Positions 39,987 through 48,453 of a DNA stretch of 64,000 nucleotides are shown here, in pieces. Under the pieces are notes generated by a model. The model was not told where the DNA came from and made no database searches. It was given only the letters and a program-made list of their open reading frames with translations. A program made the translations under genes and the position numbers. The stretch comes from Nitrospinota bacterium (GTDB taxonomy: Bacteria > UBA8248). Where the stretch lies: assembly GCA_030754595.1 (NCBI GenBank), contig JASLZZ010000084.1:1-64000 (forward strand). The letters are read 5' to 3'. Within the stretch, counting starts at the first letter, position 1. The number at the start of each line of letters is the position of its first letter.

Positions 39987-40517
39987 ATGCCCGAGCTATT
40001 CGATCCGACCGCGAAGCCGAAGCGCCGCGTCGAGAACCTGGCGGTGCGCCCCGGCAGCCTCGCGGGAAAGGTGATTGGCCTTCTGGACATCGGCAAGCCG
40101 AAGGGGGATTGGTTTCTCGAGGCGGTGGGGGAGCTTCTCAGGGAGAACTACGGGGCCCGCGAGACGGTCTACTACCGCAAACCGACGCACGCCAAGCCCG
40201 CGCCCGGTGAGTTGGCCGAGGAGATCGCCCAGCGGTGCGACGCCGTTGTCGAGGCGCTCGCCTACTGAGGAAGCTGCACGACGTGCAGTTTGCACGATGC
40301 GGCCTTTTTCGAGCGCTGGGGAGTGCCGGCGGCGCCGGTGGTGACGCGGGAGTTTCTTCAGGCGGGGGAATTTCAGGCGAAGGCCCTCTTCGGCGGAGAC
40401 TACCCGATCGTTTTCACCCCTCATCCGGTCGCCCACATGGAAAAGGAAGAGTTCTCCCGGCTCGCGCAGGATGCGCTCGAGGGGATCGCCGGCCGGCTCA
40501 TGTCCGCCTCCTCATAA
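39987..40517 (+). CDS. UGSC-family selenoprotein (Sec at codon 94, TGA 40266-40268)
   Basis: AAGGAGAGG RBS; frame continues through TGA as EALAY-U-GSCTTCSLHD, joining two track ORFs into 176 aa. Confidence 0.9.
40273..40303 (+). promoter_or_regulatory. Candidate bacterial SECIS element
   Basis: Lower stem GCUGCA/UGCGGC, internal loop, upper stem CGUGCA/UGCACG, apical loop GUU starting at +20 after UGA. Confidence 0.7.
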
Positions 40518-40544
40518 CCTCGACTTAATGAACTGGAGCCCGGT

Positions 40545-42287
40545 TTGAGCAACTCCGCTTTCCAGGTCCGTAAATGCGATGTGCTCATCCTGGGATCGGG
40601 GGGCGCCGGGCTGCTCGCGGCGCTGGCGGCCTACGAGGCCGACCCCGCCCTCGATATCCTCATCGCCGTCAAGGGCCTGTTCGGGAAAAGTGGGTGCACC
40701 CGCATGGTCCAGGGCGGCTACAACGTCGCCCTCTCCGATAGCGATTCGGTCGAAAACCACTTCATGGACACGGTGCGGGCGGGTGCCTGGCTCAACGACC
40801 AGGACCTCGCATGGGAACTCGTCAGCCGCGCTCCTGGCTGCATCCGCAGGCTCGAGACCGTCTGCGGCGCCTTCTTCGACCGGAGTCCGGACGGCGAGAT
40901 CCACCAGAAGGCCTTCGCCGGCCAGAGTTTCGACCGCACCGTCCACAAAGGCGACCTCACCGGCATCGAACTCACGAACCGCGCCTCCGAGCAGATAATC
41001 CGCCGAGGGATTCCCGTTCTCGAGGAGCGCCGCGCAATCGCTCTCTTGCCCGATTCGGGTGCGGCCGGCCGGGTCGCCGGGTCGATGCTCCTCGATATCC
41101 GGAGCGGTGAGTTCACCGCCGTCAACGCGAAATGCACCCTTCTCGCGACCGGCGGAGGCCCCACATTCTACAAATACTCGGCCTGCGCGCAGGAGCTCGC
41201 CACCGACGGGATGGCGATGGCCTGGGAGGCGGGCGCGGACCTTTGCGACATGGAGATGGTCCAGTTCCATCCGACGGGAATTCTCACGGGCGAGGGACTC
41301 CAGATCACCGGAACCCTGCTGGAGGAGGGGCTGCGCGGCGCGGGTGGCCATCTGCTCAACGGCCGTGGTGAGCGCTACATGGAGCGCTACGACCCCGAGC
41401 GGATGGAGCGCTCAACGCGCGACCTGGTGGCTCGCGCGGGCTACACCGAGATCAAGGAGGGCCGCGGCACCGAGAACGGCGGCGTTTTCATCGACGTAAG
41501 CCATCTCGGGGCGGATTTCGTCCGAAAGAATTTCAGGGGGATGGTGGATCGATGCGCCGATTTGGGCTTCGATCTCGCGGGAGCGCCCGTCGAGGTCTCC
41601 CCGACGGCGCACTACATGATGGGTGGCGCGAAGATAGACACCGGCTGCCGGACGAGTCTCCCAGGCCTTTTCGCGGCGGGCGAGGACGCCGGCGGCACCC
41701 ATGGGGCGAATCGCCTCGGTGGAAACGGGGTAGCGAACTCCACCGTGTTCGGCGAGGTGGCCGGGCGAGAGATGGCGGCCGAGGCCGGCGGCGCTCCGTT
41801 CGAGAGTTTTGATCGCGGCTCGGCTGAAGCGTCGGTTGAGGAAGCGTTGGCAGCCCTCGGCGACGGGGACTCTCCTTATCCCGTCCGCGCCTCGCTCAAG
41901 GAGCTGATGTGGAAAAAAATCGGTCTTCGGCGCAACGGGGCCGACCTGGCTGCGGGCCTCGAGGAAATCGCCTCTCTCGGGGAGCGGGCGGCCCGGGCCC
42001 GCGCCGGTGGAGGCCGGGCCTACAACATCGCCTGGCAGAATGTCCTTGACGTTTGCAACCAGATCGCCGTGGCGGAGTTGATCGCACGGAGCGCCATCGA
42101 GCGCGACGAGAGTCGGGGCAGCCACTACCGGGACGACATTCCCGAGCAAAAACAGGGCGCGCTCTATAACGTTTTCATTTCGAAGCGGGGCGAGAAGGCC
42201 GCCGTCGAACGCCGTCCGGTCCGCTTCACCCGTGTCAAGCCGGGCGAGGAACTCGCCGCCGCCGAGCCCGTCAATTTTATGGATTGA
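40545..42287 (+). CDS. Succinate dehydrogenase/fumarate reductase-like flavoprotein (divergent)
   Basis: GSGGAG, GKSGCTRMVQGG, LATGG, QFHPTG, RD, AHYMMGG, HGANRLGGN, ESRGSH; TTG start with GGAG RBS. Confidence 0.9.
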   Translation: MSNSAFQVRKCDVLILGSGGAGLLAALAAYEADPALDILIAVKGLFGKSGCTRMVQGGYNVALSDSDSVENHFMDTVRAGAWLNDQDLAWELVSRAPGCIRRLETVCGAFFDRSPDGEIHQKAFAGQSFDRTVHKGDLTGIELTNRASEQIIRRGIPVLEERRAIALLPDSGAAGRVAGSMLLDIRSGEFTAVNAKCTLLATGGGPTFYKYSACAQELATDGMAMAWEAGADLCDMEMVQFHPTGILTGEGLQITGTLLEEGLRGAGGHLLNGRGERYMERYDPERMERSTRDLVARAGYTEIKEGRGTENGGVFIDVSHLGADFVRKNFRGMVDRCADLGFDLAGAPVEVSPTAHYMMGGAKIDTGCRTSLPGLFAAGEDAGGTHGANRLGGNGVANSTVFGEVAGREMAAEAGGAPFESFDRGSAEASVEEALAALGDGDSPYPVRASLKELMWKKIGLRRNGADLAAGLEEIASLGERAARARAGGGRAYNIAWQNVLDVCNQIAVAELIARSAIERDESRGSHYRDDIPEQKQGALYNVFISKRGEKAAVERRPVRFTRVKPGEELAAAEPVNFMD

Positions 42288-42318
42288 TGACTGAGAAATC
42301 AGGCATGAGAAAGGAGAT

Positions 42319-42666
42319 GTGATGGCTTCCCTGTCCGGCCCTCCGGCCCGGCCCCCGTTTTGGAATCTTTCGGCGTGGCGGGCCATGTATCCGGGCATGT
42401 GGGCGTGGGTGATTCAGCGCCTCTCGGCTGTGGTGCTGCTCGTTATTTTTCCTTTCCATGTCCTGAATCCCTACAATAAGTGGCTGCGGATTGCCGTGCT
42501 GGCGCTCGTGATTCTTCACGGAATGCACGGCCTCAAGGTGATTTTCACCGATTTCGGGTTTCCCGCGCGGCATCAACGCAAGTTGCTTTGGGTCTTGACG
42601 GCGCTAGGAGCCGCCGCGTTTTTCTGGCTCGCCTATCTCCGAAAGGCCTTTTGGGGATTTTTTTGA
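42319..42666 (+). CDS. Sdh/Frd-type small membrane anchor (cytochrome b-like)
   Basis: WAWVIQRLSA...FH, LHGMHGLKVIFTDF; three hydrophobic helices. Confidence 0.8.
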   Translation: MMASLSGPPARPPFWNLSAWRAMYPGMWAWVIQRLSAVVLLVIFPFHVLNPYNKWLRIAVLALVILHGMHGLKVIFTDFGFPARHQRKLLWVLTALGAAAFFWLAYLRKAFWGFF

Positions 42667-43424
42667 TGGTGGGTGGCGGCGTCATTTTCCGCGTTCGGCG
42701 CGGCGGCGAGGCGGGCGATCCCCAAGAGCGATACCAGACCTACGCCATCACGCCGCGCCCGAGGATGACCGTCCTCGACGTGCTGACCTCCATCCAGAGC
42801 GAACAGGACGCCTCCCTTGTGTTTCGCTATTCCTGCCGGGTGGGAATGTGCGGAACCTGCGCCCTCCGGGTGAACGGGCGGCCCCGCTGGGCCTGCCGGA
42901 CGCTGATCACGGAGCTGGGCGAAAGCGTAACCCTCGAGCCACTGGCGAATTTCCCCCTCATCCGCGATCTGGCCGTGGACATGACGCCCTTCAGCGACGG
43001 CCTGAAACGCGTGCGGGCCTGGGCCGAGCCCACCGAGGCCGCCGCCTCCGCTCCGGCGCGGATCCTTCCCAGCAGTAGAGAGCGGGTCCGGATCGATCCC
43101 CATATCGAGTGCATCACCTGCGGTATCTGCTATTCTGCCTGCTCCATGCTGGGACACGATCCGGCTTTTCTGGGACCCGCGGCGCTCAACCGGGCCTATA
43201 CCCTGGTGTGTGACAGCCGAGACGCGGCGAGCGCGGAGCGGTTGGCCGAGGTGTCCGGGGAGCAGGGCATCTGGCGGTGCCACAGCCAGTTCAACTGCAC
43301 CGAGGCCTGCCCAAAAGGAATCAGTCCGGCCACCGCCATTCAGGGCCTCAAGCGACAGGCGGCGGCGAGCGGGGCGAAATCTTTTGTCTCGTCCATCATC
43401 GGGGGCCGCGCCCCCGGAGCATAA
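42666..43424 (+). CDS. Sdh/Frd iron-sulfur subunit
   Basis: SCRVGMCGTC..C, CITCGICYSAC, CHSQFNCTEACP; TGATG overlap with the anchor gene. Confidence 0.92.
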   Translation: MVGGGVIFRVRRGGEAGDPQERYQTYAITPRPRMTVLDVLTSIQSEQDASLVFRYSCRVGMCGTCALRVNGRPRWACRTLITELGESVTLEPLANFPLIRDLAVDMTPFSDGLKRVRAWAEPTEAAASAPARILPSSRERVRIDPHIECITCGICYSACSMLGHDPAFLGPAALNRAYTLVCDSRDAASAERLAEVSGEQGIWRCHSQFNCTEACPKGISPATAIQGLKRQAAASGAKSFVSSIIGGRAPGA

Positions 43425-43470
43425 TAATAATTATCTCTCCTACAGGAGAGATTTTTAGGAGGATCAGGCG

Positions 43471-44421
43471 ATGCCTACCGCAACCGGCGCCTTCATCGGC
43501 GCCGACCTTACCCGGGAAGTCGCTTTCGAGCTCAACCGACGCGCTGCGATTCACATTCCGGGCGATGTCCGCCAGAGCGTTCGTGGCATGGCCGAGCGCG
43601 AGACCGAGCGGCTGTCGAAATTCGTCCTGCTCGAAATCGTGAACAACTACGAGGTGGCGGACGAGGACCTCCGTCCCATGTGCGCCGACACCGGGCTTCC
43701 GCGCTTTTACGCCAAGGTTGGGAACGAGGCACGCCTTGAGGGCGGTTTCGTCGCTTTCGAGAGGAGCATTCGCGAGGCGACTGCCCGCGCGACGACTGAA
43801 ATTCCCCTTCGCCCGAACCGCGTTCATCCGATCACGCGGTACGATTACAACAACAACGTCGGCATCCACGCGCCGAGCGTGGACTACTCCTGGGAGCCCG
43901 GGGCCGACTGGGTGGAAATGACCGCCTTCCACAAGGGGGGCCTGTTTGGCGGCGACTACCGGATGCTCTTCCCCGGGGACGGAATCGACGGAATCCGCCG
44001 ATTCTACCTCGATGTCATCAGCGAGTTTTTCAAGCGCGGGCTTTCCTGCCAGCCGGCCATCGTCGGCATCGGCATCGGCGGGACGAAGGATACCTGCGTG
44101 AAACTGGCAAAGGAGGCGGCCTGCCTGCGCGTGGTGGGCGACCGGAATCCCGATCCACAGATCGCCGATCTCGAGGACGAGCTCGTCGAACTGGGCAAGC
44201 GATCCACCCTCGGTGCGATGGGCTTCAAGGGCGAAGGCGCGGTGATGGACGCCCACATCGAGGTCGCCTACACTCACACGGGCGGGATGCCCGTTTCCAT
44301 TCACCACCAATGTTTCGCCCTGCGGCGGAGCACCGCGCGGATCCACCCGGACGGGGAGGTCGAGTACCGCGAGGACCCGCGGTGGTTCACCGATTACTAC
44401 CGCCGCGATTCGGTGAGTTGA
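43471..44421 (+). CDS. Class I Fe-S hydro-lyase (fumarate/tartrate type) alpha subunit
   Basis: PMCADTG, PLRPN, CQP..VGIGIGG, LGAMGFKG, QCFA.R. Confidence 0.88.
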   Translation: MPTATGAFIGADLTREVAFELNRRAAIHIPGDVRQSVRGMAERETERLSKFVLLEIVNNYEVADEDLRPMCADTGLPRFYAKVGNEARLEGGFVAFERSIREATARATTEIPLRPNRVHPITRYDYNNNVGIHAPSVDYSWEPGADWVEMTAFHKGGLFGGDYRMLFPGDGIDGIRRFYLDVISEFFKRGLSCQPAIVGIGIGGTKDTCVKLAKEAACLRVVGDRNPDPQIADLEDELVELGKRSTLGAMGFKGEGAVMDAHIEVAYTHTGGMPVSIHHQCFALRRSTARIHPDGEVEYREDPRWFTDYYRRDSVS

Positions 44422-44438
44422 CCGGGGATTTTTTGGCC

Positions 44439-45128
44439 ATGAGCGAAAAGAACACATCGGACCTCCTGATGGACGAGCACCTCCTCGAGACTTCCGTTTC
44501 GCGGGAGGCGCTGGATAAGCTCAGGATAGGCGACATCGTGCGTCTGAACGGCGTGATTTTCACGGGCCGAATCGGGCTTTATAAAAAACTCTTTGACGAG
44601 GAGGCCGAGCCGCCCGTCGATATCGCCGCACTCACGAACGTTACTTTTCATTGCTCCCCCGCGGTGGGCGAAAAAGCGCCCGGCGAGTGGGAGGTCTCAG
44701 CCGTTACGGCGACGGCGAGTTTTCGATTCGAGAAGCATCTGCCTCTGCTCATGGAGCGGCACGGCGTCCGCTGTGTGATTGGCAAAGGGGGAATGTCCCC
44801 CGAGTTCTACCGGGACCATTTCAAGCGCCTCGGCGGGGTGTTCTTGAATACGGTGGGGTACGGCATCGGTGCGCAGTACGGCAGGGGCGTCCAGAGGGTC
44901 GAGGCGGTGCACTGGCTCAAGGAGCTGGGCATTGCCCAGGCGATGTGGGTGCTCCGGGTGAAAAACTTCGGGCCATTCCTCGTCGAGTGCGATACGGAAG
45001 GAAACAGCCTCTACGAGATGGCGATGAAGGAAACCAACGAGAATCTCAAGGGGCTTTACGCCGATCTCCCGCTGCCCACCCTCAAGCGAATGGGCGAGGT
45101 GCATAACCCCGAGGACGAAGTGTTCTGA
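44439..45128 (+). CDS. Class I Fe-S hydro-lyase beta subunit
   Basis: LRIGDIVRLNG.IFTGR, IGKGGM, WLKELGIAQAMW, FGPFLV..DTEGNSLY. Confidence 0.88.
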   Translation: MSEKNTSDLLMDEHLLETSVSREALDKLRIGDIVRLNGVIFTGRIGLYKKLFDEEAEPPVDIAALTNVTFHCSPAVGEKAPGEWEVSAVTATASFRFEKHLPLLMERHGVRCVIGKGGMSPEFYRDHFKRLGGVFLNTVGYGIGAQYGRGVQRVEAVHWLKELGIAQAMWVLRVKNFGPFLVECDTEGNSLYEMAMKETNENLKGLYADLPLPTLKRMGEVHNPEDEVF

Positions 45129-45143
45129 TCCGGGTCGCTCTCA

Positions 45144-46430
45144 ATGGGAAAAATTCGAATGAACCAAAATCAGGTTATACGGGCCAACCGCGCCCGCATG
45201 AAAAAAGAGTTCGACGCGCAGTCGAGGATCGGCCGCCACGGCAAAACCGGGTTGGCGAGAGTCGCCCTCACCCCCGACTACAACCGGGTACGGGAACTCG
45301 TTCGGCGATGGATGGAGTCCGCCGGGCTCAAGACGCGGGTGGACGCCGTGGGGAATCTCATCGGCAGGAAAGAGGGCCGGGTGAAGGGGTTTCCCGCTGT
45401 GATGGCCGGCTCACATCTGGACTCGCAGAATCCGGGAGGGCGCTTCGACGGCCCCGCCGGGGTGCTGTCCGCCCTTGAGGCCGTCCGACGAATCGGCGAG
45501 ACGGGCGCCGCCCACGACCATCCACTGGAGGTCGTCGCCTTCGTCGGAGAAGAATCCACCTGCGGGCTCGTGACGTTCGGGAGCAGTGTCATGGCCGGGC
45601 AGGTGGGAGCCGCTGCGATGAAGGCGGCGGTTCACTCACCGACCGGCAAGTCGGTCTACGAGGCGGTCCGGCTGGCGGGGGGGAATCCTTCGCGGGTGAA
45701 AAGCTGCCGCCTCCCCCGGGATTCGCTGAAGGCGTTTATCGAGCTTCACATCGAGCAGGGACCCGTTCTCGAGGCGGCGGGGGTGCCCGTCGGTGTCGTC
45801 GACACCATCGTCGGTGCGCTCAGGGGGGATATTCACTTCGAGGGCCAGACGGCTCACTCGGGCGGACAGCCCATGCCCTACCGGCGCGACGCGGCCATGG
45901 CCGCCGCGGATTTCATGTTGGAGATGGAGGGCGCGGCGCGGCGGGCGCCCGAGAGCCAACGGATGACGCTGACGTTCGGGGTGATATCGGCCCGGCCGGG
46001 ATGGGTTTCGATTGTGCCGGGCGGAGCGAGCATTTCATTCGATCTGAGAAGCAAAAGCGATAAGGCGTCGGCGGCGATGCTCGGGCGGATGAGGAAAGCG
46101 CTCGGGCGAATTCAAAAAAGACGCGAGGTGAGGGGGCAGCTTAAGCTTAGTGTGAAGTACGCGGCCTGTCCGGCCTCTCGGGGAATCCGCCGGGCGATTG
46201 AGCGGGCGGCCGGTGAGACGGGCCACCCTTCGATGACGCTATCGAGCGGGGGAATTCACGACGCCTGCCGGATCGCCGCCCTGTGTCCGATCGGGATGGT
46301 TTTTGTACCCTCGGTGAAGGGGCTTTCGCATACTCCGGAAGAGTACACGCGGTTTCAAGATATCGCGGTCGGGGCCGAGGTGTTGACCTCGGCGATGTTG
46401 CGGCTGGCCGGACGCCGCGTGAAGGCGTAA
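45144..46430 (+). CDS. Zn-dependent hydrolase, N-carbamoylase/allantoate amidohydrolase family (M20)
   Basis: GSHLDS, GRFDG..G, EE, ELHIEQGPVLE, HDA, GLSHTPEE. Confidence 0.9.
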   Translation: MGKIRMNQNQVIRANRARMKKEFDAQSRIGRHGKTGLARVALTPDYNRVRELVRRWMESAGLKTRVDAVGNLIGRKEGRVKGFPAVMAGSHLDSQNPGGRFDGPAGVLSALEAVRRIGETGAAHDHPLEVVAFVGEESTCGLVTFGSSVMAGQVGAAAMKAAVHSPTGKSVYEAVRLAGGNPSRVKSCRLPRDSLKAFIELHIEQGPVLEAAGVPVGVVDTIVGALRGDIHFEGQTAHSGGQPMPYRRDAAMAAADFMLEMEGAARRAPESQRMTLTFGVISARPGWVSIVPGGASISFDLRSKSDKASAAMLGRMRKALGRIQKRREVRGQLKLSVKYAACPASRGIRRAIERAAGETGHPSMTLSSGGIHDACRIAALCPIGMVFVPSVKGLSHTPEEYTRFQDIAVGAEVLTSAMLRLAGRRVKA

Positions 46431-46448
46431 GGGCCGGCGCCTCTTTTC

Positions 46449-47060
46449 TTATTTTTCCTCGATCCATCTTGCGGCAAAGGGACGGCCGCCGCCGGTGATG
46501 ATCCCGGCGTCGGAGTCCGCCCAGTCGGCGTAGAAAATCAGGGAAGCTTCATAACTCGTGGCGCGGGTGTTGCTAGCCCGCGTGTGAGTGATGACGAGAT
46601 GGGCGAGTTCCATCGCCTTGGGCAGGTCTTTCTCCCAGATTTTATGCGCCCCGTAGACGCCGTGCTGAATTTTCGAGCCGAATTCGGTTTTCCTAGCGGA
46701 CAGGATGCTACCTCCGCTCGGCTGCCCTCCCGGGTCGGGCTCGCTTTCGATGGGTTTTGAAATATCGTGGAGGAGGCAGGCGGCGATGAGCAGGTCGCCG
46801 TCCACGGTGATTCCGTGAATTTTCTCCGCAACCTCGGCCAGGGCGAGGGCCATCCGGGTAACGCCCTGGATATGGCCTATTAGGGGTTCGTGTTTTTCAA
46901 GCGTCAGGTTCTTTGGAATATCCTCGAAGCGCTCCCAGGCGGTCTCGTCGGCGAGTTCGAGCCAAATCTCAACGACCCCCTCTCTAAGGGTCTTGTCCTG
47001 AATCTGGTCCACCTCGGGAAATATTTTTCGGATCCCCTCGGCGTCGATCTGGATGGCCAT
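46449..47060 (-). CDS. HD-domain protein
   Basis: GHIQGV, LLHDISK, HG, H, AD.AD. Confidence 0.8.
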   Translation of the reverse strand: MAIQIDAEGIRKIFPEVDQIQDKTLREGVVEIWLELADETAWERFEDIPKNLTLEKHEPLIGHIQGVTRMALALAEVAEKIHGITVDGDLLIAACLLHDISKPIESEPDPGGQPSGGSILSARKTEFGSKIQHGVYGAHKIWEKDLPKAMELAHLVITHTRASNTRATSYEASLIFYADWADSDAGIITGGGRPFAARWIEEK

Positions 47061-47296
47061 GCGGTATGCCCCCCGGTTTGTGAGAAAAGGAAATAGGGTA
47101 ATGCGTGAGGGTGAGATTTTATGCCGGAGGAGCGCCCGAAACAACGGACAGGGCGCGCGGGGGAAAGGGGTCCCACCATTCGCGGGGAGGGCGGGATAAG
47201 TCCCCCCCGGCTTCAACCAGAGGCGGAATTGGTCTAACATGGCGGGGCGCCACCGCAATTTCGAGGAATTTCGGGGAAATACCCGAGGAGTCCACC

Positions 47297-48439
47297 GTGC
47301 CCATCGCCACCCACCCGGAACTCAACGACGCTCACGCAGCGCTGAAGGAGTTATCGAATTCTTTCGCTAATAGCCGCCTTTTGCCCGGCGCCGCCGAGCG
47401 CGATCGCAGCGGCGAATTTCCCGACGACATTTATAGAGAAGCGGCCGGCCACGGTCTGGTTGGACTGAACATCCCCGAGCGCTTCGGCGGGGGCGGCCTC
47501 GGTCTGACGGAATCGGCGCTCGTTCTTGAGGAACTGGCGTGTGTAGATGGCAGCTTCGCGCTGACGGTGGGCGCCTCGGCCGGTCTCGCGGCGGGGCACA
47601 TCCTGCGGGCGGGGACCGAGGAGCAGGCAGCTCGGTGGCTACCTCTTCTCACGGGCGGCGAACTCGGTGCGTGGGCGCTGACCGAGCCGGGTTCGGGGAG
47701 CGACGCAGCGGCCCTCCGCTGCAGAGCGGAGCGAAAGGGCGGCTCCTACACCCTCAACGGCTCAAAAATGTTCATTTCGCAGGGCAGCCTTTTTTCGGTC
47801 ATGGTCCTCATCGCCCGTACGGGGGAGGGAAGGGGCGGAATCAGCGCTCTCGCGGTCGAGGCTTCCGACGCGGGCCGCGAGAGCCGCCCGATTCCCGGGA
47901 AACTGGGCATGCGGTCGATGGACACCGCCGAGGTCGTGTTCGAGGGTTGCGAAATTCCCGCCGGCCGCCTCCTCGGCGGGGAGGGAGAGGGATTCTCGCA
48001 CGTGGTGGATGTATTGACGGAGGGTAGAATCAGCGTGGGCGCGATCGCCCTCGGTCTCGGGCAGGGGGCGCTCGATGCGGCCCTTGACCATTCTCGAAGC
48101 CGGGAGGCGTTTGGGCGGTCCATCGAGAGATTCACAGGAATCAGGGAGCAGCTTGCCGACTGCGCGATTGCGCTGGCGGCGGGCCGGGGGTTGGTCTACC
48201 GGGCCGCGCGGTATGCCGATTCGGGCAAGGACGCGGGCGTCCTCGCGCCCAAGGCGAAACTCTTTTCCAGCGAGGCGGCCCTGCGCGTCTGTGACCGGAG
48301 CATTCAGATCCACGGTGGTTATGGGTATATCGACGAATACCCCGCGCACCGCTTCTGGCGGGACGCGCGGCTGCTCACCATCGGCGAGGGGACGAGCGAG
48401 ATCCTTCGAGGGTTCATCTCGCGGTCCGAGTTTAAGTAA
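47297..48439 (+). CDS. Acyl-CoA dehydrogenase
   Basis: ALTEPGSGSDA, LNGSKMFIS, KLGMR, QIHGGYGY, IGEGTSEI; GTG start after GAGGAG. Confidence 0.92.
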   Translation: MPIATHPELNDAHAALKELSNSFANSRLLPGAAERDRSGEFPDDIYREAAGHGLVGLNIPERFGGGGLGLTESALVLEELACVDGSFALTVGASAGLAAGHILRAGTEEQAARWLPLLTGGELGAWALTEPGSGSDAAALRCRAERKGGSYTLNGSKMFISQGSLFSVMVLIARTGEGRGGISALAVEASDAGRESRPIPGKLGMRSMDTAEVVFEGCEIPAGRLLGGEGEGFSHVVDVLTEGRISVGAIALGLGQGALDAALDHSRSREAFGRSIERFTGIREQLADCAIALAAGRGLVYRAARYADSGKDAGVLAPKAKLFSSEAALRVCDRSIQIHGGYGYIDEYPAHRFWRDARLLTIGEGTSEILRGFISRSEFK

Positions 48440-48453
48440 TATTGAGGCCGGCG

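Noticed and set aside
40271..40291. Alternative 9-bp hairpin (GAC loop at +12) after the UGSC TGA
   Set aside because: The loop is too close to the UGA for a typical SECIS, so the +20 fold was preferred; competition between the two folds cannot be judged by eye
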